Shown here: positions 51,291 through 62,092 of the stretch, in pieces
Layout: each line of letters starts with the position of its first letter
Numbering within the stretch: position 1 is the first letter of the stretch
NCBI GenBank assembly: GCA_045639065.1
Contig: JAZUCK010000023.1
Location: forward strand, 30,429-94,428
DNA: 64,000 nt
DNA from: Alphaproteobacteria bacterium
GTDB lineage: Bacteria; Pseudomonadota; Alphaproteobacteria; RF32; CAG-239
Direction of reading: 5' to 3'
The notes under the pieces: model-generated
Told to the model about the DNA's origin: nothing
The model's input: the letters and a program-made list of their open reading frames with translations, nothing else
Databases searched by the model: none
Made by a program: the position numbers and the translations under genes

Positions 51291-53558
51291 ATGGCAAGAG
51301 GTGCTAGAACAAAAAGTCTTCATAAAATAAGAATGTCCCGTGACGAAAGTAGAAGAAATGATCGAATAAAAGAAGCTAACATTTATTCTTTTTTCGATAT
51401 TTGGAATTGGTTTTATGAAGGTGAAGAAGGAGAAGAGGGCAAATCCATACATGACTTCAAAACACTTATAAGTGAAGAAGTTAAGGCGATTGATGCGGCT
51501 CATTACCCGGAAGACGGTTCAAATCAGCACCAGCACACTTATGAGCACCAGCCTCCTCAGAAAAGCAAAAAACAAAATAAGAGAACTCCCGCTAAAAAAC
51601 AAAGAACAAAAGTCAATAAACTTGCTTCCAATTTTTTTGCGGCAGAGGATGATTTTATTCAGAATCATGCTGCCAAATATTATGAATATCTTATGGAGAA
51701 GTCTAATATCGAAGATATTAATGATGAAAAAGAGCGCACAAAAAAGTTAGAAGATCTTAAAACTAAATATAAAGGATCTATAAGTGCTCTTGAAAAATGT
51801 CAAGAATTAGGCGCTGATTTTGAAAAATATGAGCAAACAATCAAGTTCTTAAATGAAATTCCCGAAAGTGTTCTGCTCAATATGGTTCAATATAACTTAG
51901 AGTGTGAAAAAAGAGGAAAGAAAAATCTTATTGATAAGCCCTTTGAAGAAATGTTTTCGCAACCGCATTATAAATCTACCGGTAAAGAAAGCGAAAATGG
52001 CTCAATTATAAATGAACATAGATTTAATATCGGTACCGATAATGATTCCGTTACTCATTCAATTTTAAATCTCAATGGAACAGGTTTAAATATCACATTT
52101 ATCGACGGAAAAGTTTCATTACTGTTTTGTGATGATAATATGACACAAGATCAAATTGATGCTTTGGCCGATTATTGTTTCAGATATGGTATAAAAATTG
52201 AAGACTTTGGAAACTTAAAAGGATCTAAAGTAGTTGATAATGACAATAAAGAAGTTGGAGATATAGAGGCTGTATTTGCCAAATCTACTAAAAAGGCTAT
52301 AGATAAGATTGCTCAAAATGCGGTAGATCAGGGAATAGTACCTGTTGACGATACAACCAAAGAAGTTCACATAGATCCCAGCGAAAATTTCTTTGGTGAA
52401 TTTATTCCTGAGGCTAAAGCTCTTAAACCTTTCCAGCCTAACAAAGCCATAGATGCCGCTAAAAAACTTACGGCCGGAGGTGGTGTCGTTGTTCCCAGCT
52501 GCTATTTTGGCACAACAGTCGTAAGATTCTATAGTAATGAAGATGACGTAAAAAAAGATTGCCGTATGAGTAAGGATGGAGAGGAGCTGATACATACTAA
52601 AAAATATGCCGTTACATTCAATCACTCAAGAGGTGAGGCACTTTTCTACTTAGGTAAGAAAACACAACTTTCAACAGGTGATATTCGCGTTGGTTTAGAA
52701 GCCTTAAAAGCGCAGGGATATAAGTATTTTGAATATCCGTCTATTACCAGTGACGAAGGCTTTGGTGCCGGGACACAGAAGGCTATGTTTGAGGCTTCGG
52801 TAAAAACAGGTATGCCTCTGTTATTGCGAGGCCCAAGCGGTCGAGGCTGTGATATTGGAGCTGCCGATATTGATACCATACTTGAATTTACCAACAAGAA
52901 TGATAACTTTACCGGAAAGCACGCCGAAAAAGCCGAGTATTTGATGCGTTGGTACGAGCAACTCCAAAAATATGTGGCAACAACTAATAAGCATGGCGAA
53001 TTTGCTACGGTTATGGATAAAGTAAAACAACAAGCAAGCTTTACATTGTTCCAAGCCTCGTTTAAAGGATTGATTGAAGATGAAATCAAGAAAAATATAG
53101 GTGATGACGGAAAATGGGATAATGTCGATGTTATGTCTGCATTATATGCCTACGGTAAAATAGTAGACGGTATTAAAAACGGTTACTTAGGCGGAAAACG
53201 CTATAATCCTTTGGATGAAAAGAATAATGGCGACCTTATAATGAAAGAGTTTACTCGCCTGAGACAAGCTCGTCGTCCTATTATCGAAAAAGAAATATCT
53301 GATAACTTATCTAATCTTGCGAATAGTTCTAGTAACGATAAACCTGAAAAAGTTATGAACACAATGTTGCGTAACTATAAAGGCGCTTTGGGTAAACTGG
53401 TTGGTGATCTTAAAGGATTGGGTGTTGATGTCGGATTAGGCGATTTTGATTGCAGAAGATTATACAATCCGGAGTTGAAAAAACAAACAACTTCAAATGA
53501 AACAAATAATGTTGTCACACCTGCATATAAAAAATATGCTGAGCAAGTAAGACCTTAG
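51291..53558 (+). CDS. hypothetical protein (orphan, 755 aa)
   Basis: Long ORF. GGGAG RBS sits 8 nt upstream of the ATG at 51291. Basic, low-complexity N-terminus. No family recognised. Confidence 0.6.
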   Translation: MARGARTKSLHKIRMSRDESRRNDRIKEANIYSFFDIWNWFYEGEEGEEGKSIHDFKTLISEEVKAIDAAHYPEDGSNQHQHTYEHQPPQKSKKQNKRTPAKKQRTKVNKLASNFFAAEDDFIQNHAAKYYEYLMEKSNIEDINDEKERTKKLEDLKTKYKGSISALEKCQELGADFEKYEQTIKFLNEIPESVLLNMVQYNLECEKRGKKNLIDKPFEEMFSQPHYKSTGKESENGSIINEHRFNIGTDNDSVTHSILNLNGTGLNITFIDGKVSLLFCDDNMTQDQIDALADYCFRYGIKIEDFGNLKGSKVVDNDNKEVGDIEAVFAKSTKKAIDKIAQNAVDQGIVPVDDTTKEVHIDPSENFFGEFIPEAKALKPFQPNKAIDAAKKLTAGGGVVVPSCYFGTTVVRFYSNEDDVKKDCRMSKDGEELIHTKKYAVTFNHSRGEALFYLGKKTQLSTGDIRVGLEALKAQGYKYFEYPSITSDEGFGAGTQKAMFEASVKTGMPLLLRGPSGRGCDIGAADIDTILEFTNKNDNFTGKHAEKAEYLMRWYEQLQKYVATTNKHGEFATVMDKVKQQASFTLFQASFKGLIEDEIKKNIGDDGKWDNVDVMSALYAYGKIVDGIKNGYLGGKRYNPLDEKNNGDLIMKEFTRLRQARRPIIEKEISDNLSNLANSSSNDKPEKVMNTMLRNYKGALGKLVGDLKGLGVDVGLGDFDCRRLYNPELKKQTTSNETNNVVTPAYKKYAEQVRP

Positions 53559-53564
53559 TTATAT

Positions 53565-53598
53565 AAAAAAGCCTCAGTTGTAAGACTGAGGCTTTTTT
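53565..53598. terminator. bidirectional terminator between the orphan gene and glgP
   Basis: AAAAAA-GCCTCAGT-tgtaag-ACTGAGGC-TTTTTTT. Confidence 0.8.
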
Positions 53599-53616
53599 TG
53601 GGTTATGCTACAATAT

Positions 53617-56085
53617 TTAGCAAGGTTTAATATTCCAAATTTTCTTTGCGTATTCCTTGATAGATCTATCAGATGAGAACTTGCCGATTCTGGCAACATT
53701 AAGGATTGCTTTCTTGTTCCATACTTCACGATTCAAGAAGTCTTTTTCTACCTCTTCCATTTTTTTATCAAAAGATTCTAAGTCTTCTAATACGAAGTAA
53801 TAATCACGATTCAAAAGTTCTTCAAAAATCGGCTTAAACAGCAATACATAATCTTTTTCACAGAACATATTGGAGTTCAATGCATTTAAGATACGTTTGA
53901 TATAGTTGTTGTTTTCATATAATGCTCTCGGATTATATGTAGCACGTTTGGCATGAACTTCTTCTTCGGTCAAACCGAACAAATAGAAGTTTTCTTTGCC
54001 GACGCACTCTCTGATTTCTATATTAGCACCGTCAAGTGTACCCAATGTCAAAGCACCATTTAAGGCAAATTTCATATTACCTGTTCCTGATGCCTCAAAT
54101 CCTGCGGTAGAAGATTGAATACTTAAATCAGCGGCTGGAATCAATACTTCGGCCAAAGATACTTTATAATCAGGCAAATATACAACCTTAATCATATCAT
54201 TGGTTCTTGGGTCATTATTAACAACCGATGCCACATTATTGATAAGCTTAATAATCAACTTTGCAAAGTTATATGACGGAGCGGCTTTTCCGGCAAATAT
54301 ATAAGTTTTTGCCACAGCCGGTTTTTTATTATCCTTGATAATGTCAAGATAATCGCCGATAACTTGCAAAATTGTCATCAACTGACGTTTATATTCGTGA
54401 ATACGTTTAGCATGAACAATAAACATACTTTCCGGATCAACAAATATACCGGTTGTCTTTTGAATAATCTTGGTCAGACGTTGTTTGTTTTTGAATTTGA
54501 CTTCATCAAATTCTTTAATAAACTTCTTGTCTTTGGCAAATTTTTCCAATCCTTCTAACTGATCCAAGTCGATAACCCAATCTTCACCGATTTTAGAGTC
54601 AATGAGCGATGTAAGGGCTGTGTTGGCATGTAATAACCAACGACGAGGAGTAATACCGTTGGTAACATTGGTAAACTTTTCCGGCCACAATTCATAAAAT
54701 TCGGGAACGAGCTTAGTCTTAATCAAATTAGAGTGAATTTCAGCCACACCGTTTACAGAGAATGAACCGACAATAGAAAGGTTTGCCATGCGAATAATTT
54801 GTCTGTCACCTTCACCTGATACAATCGAAACTTTTGAAAGTTTTTCTTCATTTTCACCAAATTTTGAACGAGCAAATTCCATAAATCTGCGGTTGATTTC
54901 ATAAATAATTTGCAAGTGGCGAGGCAATAACTTGCCGATAATTCTTGATGGCCATGTTTCCAATGCTTCCGGCAATAATGTATGGTTGGTGTAGGCAAAA
55001 CATTTTGTAGTAATATCCCAAGCATCAACCCATTCTTGTCCGTGAATATCAATCAAAATACGCATCATCTCGGCAATAGCAATAGCCGGGTGGGTGTCAT
55101 TAAGTTGGATAACGACTTTTTCCGGCAATTTGTGGAAGTCATCACTTTTTTCCAAGAAACGACGAACAATATCTTGAATTGCGCAAGAAGCGAAGAAGTA
55201 TTGCTGTTTTAAGCGCAATTCTCTTCCCGATTCGACGGCATCTGAAGGATACAAAACTTTTGAAATTGTCTCAGTTTCGATTTTTTCTTTCATAGCTTCG
55301 ATATAACCGCCTTCATTGAACACGTTAATATCCAACTCATCATCGGTTTTAGCAGAGAACAAACGCAAGTAGTTTACTGATTTTCCATTATACCCTACAA
55401 TCGGAAAATCGAAAGGCACACCATAAATAGTTTTTGTGTTCATCCATAAAAAGTCTTTTGAGCCATCAGGATTATTGATAACTTCGACATTACCATATAA
55501 AGGAATTTTTACAATGCGGTCACGACGAGCAAACTGCCAGGGCGATTCTTCACCTTGCCAAGAATCAGCTTGTTCGACTTGATATCCGTTTTCAAATTTT
55601 TGTTTGAACAATCCGAATTTGTAGTTAATGCCATATCCGAAACCGGGCATTCCCAAAGATGCCAAAGAGTCAAGGAAGCATGCTGCCAAGCGACCCAAAC
55701 CGCCGTTACCCAAAGCCGGATCATATTCGGTATCAAAAATTTCATTTAAGCTGATATCAGGAAAACCGTCAATTTTGATATCTTTCATAATATCGAAAAG
55801 ACCTAATGAGTGAAGGTTGTTTTCCAAAGAACGACCAAGCAAATATTCAATTGAAAGGTAGTACACACGTTTAGAATTACATTTATTATAACGGGCAATG
55901 GATTGGTACATTTTATCCATCGCAAACTCTCTGACAGCCAAAGCAATTGCTTCCAAAGCCTCATCTTTAGTAACTTCGCAAACGCGTTTACCGATAAAAT
56001 ATTGGATATAGTGTTCAATAGAGAATTTCAGTCTTGCTTTATCAATTTCACTGATAATGGCTGTATTTTTCTTCACGTCTGTCAC
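53617..56085 (-). CDS. glgP: glycogen/maltodextrin phosphorylase
   Basis: 822 aa. Contains the PLP-lysine region EASGTGNMKFALNGALTLGTLDGANIEI. Confidence 0.95.
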   Translation of the reverse strand: MTDVKKNTAIISEIDKARLKFSIEHYIQYFIGKRVCEVTKDEALEAIALAVREFAMDKMYQSIARYNKCNSKRVYYLSIEYLLGRSLENNLHSLGLFDIMKDIKIDGFPDISLNEIFDTEYDPALGNGGLGRLAACFLDSLASLGMPGFGYGINYKFGLFKQKFENGYQVEQADSWQGEESPWQFARRDRIVKIPLYGNVEVINNPDGSKDFLWMNTKTIYGVPFDFPIVGYNGKSVNYLRLFSAKTDDELDINVFNEGGYIEAMKEKIETETISKVLYPSDAVESGRELRLKQQYFFASCAIQDIVRRFLEKSDDFHKLPEKVVIQLNDTHPAIAIAEMMRILIDIHGQEWVDAWDITTKCFAYTNHTLLPEALETWPSRIIGKLLPRHLQIIYEINRRFMEFARSKFGENEEKLSKVSIVSGEGDRQIIRMANLSIVGSFSVNGVAEIHSNLIKTKLVPEFYELWPEKFTNVTNGITPRRWLLHANTALTSLIDSKIGEDWVIDLDQLEGLEKFAKDKKFIKEFDEVKFKNKQRLTKIIQKTTGIFVDPESMFIVHAKRIHEYKRQLMTILQVIGDYLDIIKDNKKPAVAKTYIFAGKAAPSYNFAKLIIKLINNVASVVNNDPRTNDMIKVVYLPDYKVSLAEVLIPAADLSIQSSTAGFEASGTGNMKFALNGALTLGTLDGANIEIRECVGKENFYLFGLTEEEVHAKRATYNPRALYENNNYIKRILNALNSNMFCEKDYVLLFKPIFEELLNRDYYFVLEDLESFDKKMEEVEKDFLNREVWNKKAILNVARIGKFSSDRSIKEYAKKIWNIKPC

Positions 56086-56291
56086 TCCTTAAAAATAGAT
56101 GTAAATACCAAGTTATCCCAATATTATTGTTAAATTGTTTGAAATATAGTTAATAACTTACAGCAATTTTACATATTAAATAATAAAACTTCGCAAATTT
56201 TTTTAATAACTATTTGAATTTTTAAAAATGGTAGTGTATTGTCAAATAAGTTATTTATAAATAAAAATATTAAAAACAATAGGAAATGTAA

Positions 56292-57644
56292 ATGAAAAAA
56301 TCTTTTTTAACAGGTTTACTTGTATCGACATCATTATTTTTTGCGCAAAACGCAAATGCAGATGACATATTTAATGTATTGGCAAAAACATATTCATCAA
56401 ATCCGACTTTACAATCTCAACGTGCGTATTTGCGTTCGATTGATGAAAATATTGCTATAGCAAAATCAGGATATCGTCCTAATTTGTCTCTTCAAGGCGC
56501 CTATCGTGATGGCGAAAACAAGGTTAAAAAAGGTGTCGGCCAAGGCGGAGATTATAACAATTTAAGCGGTGCTGCCGTAGTTTCACAGCCTGTGTTTAGC
56601 GGTTTTTCAACCGTAAATTCGGTAAAAGCTGCCGACAGAGCAATCAAGGCAGCTCAAAATAATTTATCAAATGTTGAGCAAAGCATTTTACTTGAAGCAT
56701 CGACAGCCTATTTAGATGTTTTACAAAACAGAGCTATTGTTGAATTGCAGAAAAATAACGAAGAACTATTAAAGAAAAAACTTGAAGAAACACAAGAGCG
56801 CTTTAAGGTTGGTGAGGTTACTAGAACTGATGTTTCACAAGCAGAAGCTCGCCATTCTCAAGCAATATCCGATCGTATTGCTTCAGAAGGTAATTTGCAA
56901 GCATCTGTTGCAACTTACATTGAGCTTATCGGTCAAGAACCAAATGACTTGAGTGAGCCTGTTGAAATGATAAATTATTTGCCCGCAAGTTATGATGAAG
57001 CCTTAAATTTGGCCTTGAAGAATAACTATAGCATTAAAGAAGCTCAACATTTGTACGCTTCTAAGGGTTATGAAGTATATGCTAATACAGGTGCTTTGTT
57101 CCCGACAATATCTCTAGACGGCTCAATCGGACGTAACAAGGCAGAACAGGGCGAAATTGATACCACAACCGAAAATGCCGAATGGGGCGTAAATCTAAGC
57201 ATTCCTTTGTATGCAGGTGGAGCAACCAGAGCAAAAATTCGCCAAAGTAAATACCAAAAATGGCAAGCTCAAGAAGGTGTGTTAGAAGCAAAACGTGCTG
57301 TGAAAGCATCTGTTTTGAGCGCTTGGGAATATATGAAATCTAATGAATCTCAACTAAAAGCCATCGAAGATCAAATTAAAGCCAATACTATTGCATTAGA
57401 AGGTGTTCAAAAAGAAGAAGCTTTAGGAAACAGAACAATTTTAGATGTGTTGGATTCATATCAAGAACTACTCAACTCTAAGGTTAATGACGTAAAAGCT
57501 CGCCGCACTTACTATGTTTCGGCAATGAATTTGCTTGCCTCAATGGGTAAAATGACAGCCAAAGAATTAAAGCTTGATGTCGAACTTTATGATGCACAAA
57601 AATATTATGAAGAAACCAAAGGTAAATGGCTTTCTCTTAATTAG
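56292..57644 (+). CDS. tolC: TolC-family outer membrane efflux protein
   Basis: Signal peptide (SLFFAQNANA). Two OEP repeats with the typical LQSQRAYLRS motif and coiled-coil pattern. Confidence 0.85.
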   Translation: MKKSFLTGLLVSTSLFFAQNANADDIFNVLAKTYSSNPTLQSQRAYLRSIDENIAIAKSGYRPNLSLQGAYRDGENKVKKGVGQGGDYNNLSGAAVVSQPVFSGFSTVNSVKAADRAIKAAQNNLSNVEQSILLEASTAYLDVLQNRAIVELQKNNEELLKKKLEETQERFKVGEVTRTDVSQAEARHSQAISDRIASEGNLQASVATYIELIGQEPNDLSEPVEMINYLPASYDEALNLALKNNYSIKEAQHLYASKGYEVYANTGALFPTISLDGSIGRNKAEQGEIDTTTENAEWGVNLSIPLYAGGATRAKIRQSKYQKWQAQEGVLEAKRAVKASVLSAWEYMKSNESQLKAIEDQIKANTIALEGVQKEEALGNRTILDVLDSYQELLNSKVNDVKARRTYYVSAMNLLASMGKMTAKELKLDVELYDAQKYYEETKGKWLSLN

Positions 57645-57722
57645 TTGCTAAATTACTTGATAAAAAAAATTTTTAATATAACATATATTTTGGGTTTATA
57701 ATTAAACGGGATTTAAGTGATT

Positions 57723-58748
57723 ATGTCTGATAATGTTCAAGAAAACGATATGGAAGGTATCTTATCCTCTATCAAAGATATTTTGGAAGAGGATGAAAGA
57801 CAACAGCAATCAAATGAGGTTGCTGACAGTTTTGATGCCGATAATATTTTAGATGAAGTTTTAGGATCATCAGAGGTTGATGATGTTTTGGAATTATCAC
57901 CGGATATGAGAGTTGATGAAACTATTGAAGAAAGTGTTGATGAAGACGTTTTACTTGACGTTAATGAATTGCTTACAGATGTTAACACACAAGCTGACGA
58001 AGGTGTTATAAATGAAGAGCCTGTAGCAGAAGTTGCTGACGATACGCCTGTTGCTGATGTTGAAACATTTTATGAATCTCCTGTCTCTGATGAAGATATT
58101 GCCTTGTTGAATGAACCTTTTTTTGAGACAGAAATTCCTGAAGAATCAACCCCTATAAACGAACCGTTTTTTGAAACATATGATAATGCAGAAGTTGAGA
58201 CTTTACTGGAAGATAATCACAGTGACGAACAAATACCTGACGTTTTTGAGACAGGAAATGACGCTACCGATTTATCTATAGATGAACTTTTAGGTGGTGA
58301 TGTCGCTGAACCTGTAGCAGTTGAGGAAGATTTGGCTCCGGTTTACGAAGAACCTGCAGTAGTTGAAGAAACAGCTGTTTATGACCCTGTTATAGAAATA
58401 GAGCCGGTAGTCGAAGATGTTGTAGAGGAAGAAAAACAAGATGTATCTTCCAATATAATGAGTAACTTTGCTAAGATGTTTTCTCATGAAGAAAATACAG
58501 AAGAAGCTCAAATTACATCGGTTGGCAACACGTCAAAAACTTTGGAAGATTTGGTCGTTGACGCTATTCAAAAAGCTATTGGTAAAGAAATATCGGCTAA
58601 ATGGAATAACGGTGCCGATTTTAACAGCTTTGTTGAAGCCGAAATAAGACGCCAAGTTGAAACATGGATTGCAAACAATATGAGTAACGTAATTGAGAAT
58701 ATTGTAAAAAAAGAAGTTGAGCGAGTGATAGCAAAGGTGAGTTCGTAA
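57723..58748 (+). CDS. popZ: pole-organizing protein PopZ (DUF2497)
   Basis: N-terminus MEGILSSIKDILEEDE, long acidic Pro/Glu/Val-rich linker, and C-terminus TLEDLVVDAIQKAIGKEI...VIENIVKKEVERVIAKV. Lies upstream of valS as in Caulobacter. Confidence 0.8.
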   Translation: MSDNVQENDMEGILSSIKDILEEDERQQQSNEVADSFDADNILDEVLGSSEVDDVLELSPDMRVDETIEESVDEDVLLDVNELLTDVNTQADEGVINEEPVAEVADDTPVADVETFYESPVSDEDIALLNEPFFETEIPEESTPINEPFFETYDNAEVETLLEDNHSDEQIPDVFETGNDATDLSIDELLGGDVAEPVAVEEDLAPVYEEPAVVEETAVYDPVIEIEPVVEDVVEEEKQDVSSNIMSNFAKMFSHEENTEEAQITSVGNTSKTLEDLVVDAIQKAIGKEISAKWNNGADFNSFVEAEIRRQVETWIANNMSNVIENIVKKEVERVIAKVSS

Positions 58749-58862
58749 AAGCGCATCAGCCAGAACTGACCTCAAGTTTTGAATGCCCGCAAAATTGAAA
58801 TTTTTACGGGCATCTCGTTTTATAAAATATCACTCAAATTTAAAGAAAAATAGGATTTAGAA

Positions 58863-61499
58863 ATGTTAGAAAAAAATTATACACCAAAAGATTTTGAAGA
58901 AGAAATATATAAAAAATGGGAAGCAAACGGTGATTTTAAACCGGATATGAGCTCTGATAAAGACGCATTTTGCGTAGTTATTCCGCCACCAAATGTTACC
59001 GGCGTTTTGCATATGGGACACGCATTGGATAATACCCTGCAAGATATTTTGATTCGTTACAATCGCATGCTTGGTAAAAAAGTTTTGTGGCAAGTAGGTA
59101 CAGACCATGCCGGTATAGCAACCCAGATGGTTGTTGAAAGAAATTTGGCCAAAGACGGTATCTTTCGTCATGACTTGGGCCGTGAAAAATTTATTGAAAC
59201 AGTTTGGAAGTGGCGCGAACAATCAGGCGGTACAATTTGTAAACAACTTCGTCGCTTGGGTGCATCTTGTGATTGGTCAAGAGAACGTTTCACTATGGAC
59301 GAGGGTTTAAGCAGAGCCGTATTAAAAATATTTGTAAATTTGTATAAAGACGGTTTGATTTACAAAGCCAAAAAATTGGTAAACTGGGATTCCAAATTTA
59401 TGACCGCAGTCTCCGACTTGGAAGTTATTCAAAAAGAATGTGTCGGCAAAATGTATTACTATCGTTATCCTATTGAAAACGAAGCCGGTCAATATATCCA
59501 TATTGCCACAACTCGTCCGGAAACAATGTTTGGCGATACGGCTGTTGCTGTTTCTAAAGATAACGAAAAACTAAAACATCTTATCGGTAAAAATTGTATT
59601 ATCCCGATAATCAACCGTGCGATACCGATTATCGCCGACGAACATGCCGATCCCGAAAAAGGAACAGGTGCGGTTAAGATTACACCGGCGCATGACTTTA
59701 ATGACTTTGAAGTTGGTAAACGTCATGATTTGCCCTTAATAAACATTTTAAATCCCGATGCAACATTAAACGAGAATACTCCGTACGAGGGTATGACAAC
59801 TCTTGAAGCTCGTCAAAAAACAATCGACGCATTGAACGAATTGGGACTTATGGATAAGATTGAAGATCACCCGATGGTTATTCCTTATGGCGATCGCTCA
59901 GGTGTTATTATTGAGCCTTTGATGACTGACCAATGGTTTGTTGACGCTCCTGTTTTGGCAAAAGAGGCTATCAGAGTTGTTGAAGAAGGCGAGATGGAAT
60001 TTATTCCCAAAACCTATGAAAAGACCTATTTTGAGTGGATGCGTAATATCCAACCTTGGTGTATTTCTCGTCAACTTTGGTGGGGACACCAAATGCCGAT
60101 TTGGTACGGACCGGACGGACATATTTTCTGCGAAGAAAATGAAGAGTCAGCACAAGCCGAAGCTGATAAATTCTATGGAAAGCATGAAGAATTAACCAGA
60201 GAAACCGATGTTTTGGATACATGGTTTTCTTCAGGATTATGGGCTTTTTCAACACTCGGATGGCCTGATAAAACAGAGTATTTAGATACTTTCTATCCGA
60301 CATCAGTTTTGGTAACAGGATTTGACATCATTTTCTTCTGGGTTGCTCGCATGATGATGATGAGTATGTACATGATGAAGAAAGTTCCGTTTAAGAAATG
60401 TTATATCCACGGACTTGTTCGTGATGAACATGGTCAAAAAATGTCGAAGTCAAAAGGTAATACGGTTGATCCTATGGAAACAATCGAAAAATATGGTGCC
60501 GATGCTCTTCGTTTCTTTATGGCAGCCATGGAAACTCAAGGTCGTGATGTCAATATGAGTGAAGCCCGTGTTGCCGGATATCGTAACTTTGCTACAAAAT
60601 TATGGAATGCTTCTCGTTTTGGCGAGATGAACGAAGCCAAACCTGTAGCAGATTTTAATCCTGACAATGTTACTTTAGCAGTAAATAAATGGATTATTGC
60701 CAAAGCAAAAGAGGCCACATTAGATGTTACCAAAAACCTTAATGCTTTCCGCTATTCTGATTCTGCTAACAGTATATACCAATTTGTATGGGGCTCGTTC
60801 TGCGATTGGTATATCGAAATGATTAAGCCGATTTTATATGGCGAAGACGAAAAAGCCAAAGCAGAAACCAAGGCAACATTTGCATGGGTATTGGATAGGA
60901 TTTTGGTTGTTTTGCATCCGTTTATGCCGTTTATCACCACACAACTTTGGGATAATTTAGCATCACGTAATGTAGAACTTATGCATCATGCTTGGCCGAC
61001 AGGCGAGGTTGTTGACAATCAAGCTAAAGAGGCTATCGATTGGGCAATCGATGTTATTAGTGCAATTCGTTCTTTGCGCGCGGAAATGAATTTGCCGGCA
61101 GGTGCAAAATTAAAAGCTTATATCAAAGATGATAACGCAAAAGTTTCAACATACATCAATGATTTTGCTAATATTATCTGTTCTTTGGCCAGACTTGAAA
61201 CAATTGAAATATTGCAAGGCGATGTAACATCTGATATGGTTCAAACAGTTTGCCAAACAAGCACAATTTTGCTTCCATTAAAAGGCGTTGTAGATTTTTC
61301 TGCCGAACGCGAGCGCTTGCAAAAAGAATTAGCCGGATTGGATAAAAACTTGGCCGGTTATGCTACCAAACTTTCTAATCCGAACTTTGTCGAACGAGCA
61401 CCGGCAAAAGTTGTTGAAGAAGAAAAGAAACGACAAGCCGAAGCTTTAGCCAATAAGGCAAAGGTTGAAGAAGCCTTGTTAAGAATTGCAAACTTATAA
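58863..61499 (+). CDS. valS: valine--tRNA ligase
   Basis: 878 aa. Contains PPPNVTGVLHMGHAL, KMSKSKGN and a C-terminal coiled coil. Confidence 0.96.
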   Translation: MLEKNYTPKDFEEEIYKKWEANGDFKPDMSSDKDAFCVVIPPPNVTGVLHMGHALDNTLQDILIRYNRMLGKKVLWQVGTDHAGIATQMVVERNLAKDGIFRHDLGREKFIETVWKWREQSGGTICKQLRRLGASCDWSRERFTMDEGLSRAVLKIFVNLYKDGLIYKAKKLVNWDSKFMTAVSDLEVIQKECVGKMYYYRYPIENEAGQYIHIATTRPETMFGDTAVAVSKDNEKLKHLIGKNCIIPIINRAIPIIADEHADPEKGTGAVKITPAHDFNDFEVGKRHDLPLINILNPDATLNENTPYEGMTTLEARQKTIDALNELGLMDKIEDHPMVIPYGDRSGVIIEPLMTDQWFVDAPVLAKEAIRVVEEGEMEFIPKTYEKTYFEWMRNIQPWCISRQLWWGHQMPIWYGPDGHIFCEENEESAQAEADKFYGKHEELTRETDVLDTWFSSGLWAFSTLGWPDKTEYLDTFYPTSVLVTGFDIIFFWVARMMMMSMYMMKKVPFKKCYIHGLVRDEHGQKMSKSKGNTVDPMETIEKYGADALRFFMAAMETQGRDVNMSEARVAGYRNFATKLWNASRFGEMNEAKPVADFNPDNVTLAVNKWIIAKAKEATLDVTKNLNAFRYSDSANSIYQFVWGSFCDWYIEMIKPILYGEDEKAKAETKATFAWVLDRILVVLHPFMPFITTQLWDNLASRNVELMHHAWPTGEVVDNQAKEAIDWAIDVISAIRSLRAEMNLPAGAKLKAYIKDDNAKVSTYINDFANIICSLARLETIEILQGDVTSDMVQTVCQTSTILLPLKGVVDFSAERERLQKELAGLDKNLAGYATKLSNPNFVERAPAKVVEEEKKRQAEALANKAKVEEALLRIANL

Positions 61500-61508
61500 T
61501 TTGAAAAA

Positions 61509-61537
61509 ATCCCTCTTTAACCGGAGGGATTTTTTTT
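61509..61537 (+). terminator. rho-independent terminator after valS
   Basis: ATCCCTC-tttaaccg-GAGGGAT followed by TTTTTTT. Confidence 0.8.
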
Positions 61538-61606
61538 AATCAGCTTATTGCAAAATAAAATCTCTTATTTATAATAAAAAAAGAGTTTATTTTTTTAGAG
61601 GTTAAA

Positions 61607-62092
61607 ATGCGAATTTTAGGTTTGGACCCCAGTTTATCCTCGACAGGTTGGGGAATTATCGAAGTGGAAAGCAATAGGGTAAAATATATTGCCGACGGTT
61701 TTATTCCGACAAATGCTAAAGCTCCCATTGAAGAAAGACTAAACGAAATAAACAAAATTTTGCGCGAAGTAATCGAGCTTTATAAACCTGATGAAGCATC
61801 TATCGAGCAGGTGTTTCTAAACTCTAACCCGACATCTACCATAAAACTTGGTATGGCTCGCGGTGTAGTTATTATGACACCGGCACAATATGGAATTTCG
61901 GTAACCGAATACGAACCTACAAAAGTAAAAAAAGCAGTTGTCGGCGTGGGGCGTGCCGAAAAAAATCAGGTAGAAACTATGGTGAAAATCTTGCTCCCCG
62001 GTTGCCAACCGAAGAACAACGATTCGGCCGATGCCTTGGCTATTGCCTTGTGCCATTTTCAATATCGTAACGCTTATGGAATAAAAAAATAA
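61607..62092 (+). CDS. ruvC: Holliday junction resolvase RuvC
   Basis: Starts MRILGLDPSLSSTGWGIIE, with DSADALAIALCH. Confidence 0.93.
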   Translation: MRILGLDPSLSSTGWGIIEVESNRVKYIADGFIPTNAKAPIEERLNEINKILREVIELYKPDEASIEQVFLNSNPTSTIKLGMARGVVIMTPAQYGISVTEYEPTKVKKAVVGVGRAEKNQVETMVKILLPGCQPKNNDSADALAIALCHFQYRNAYGIKK

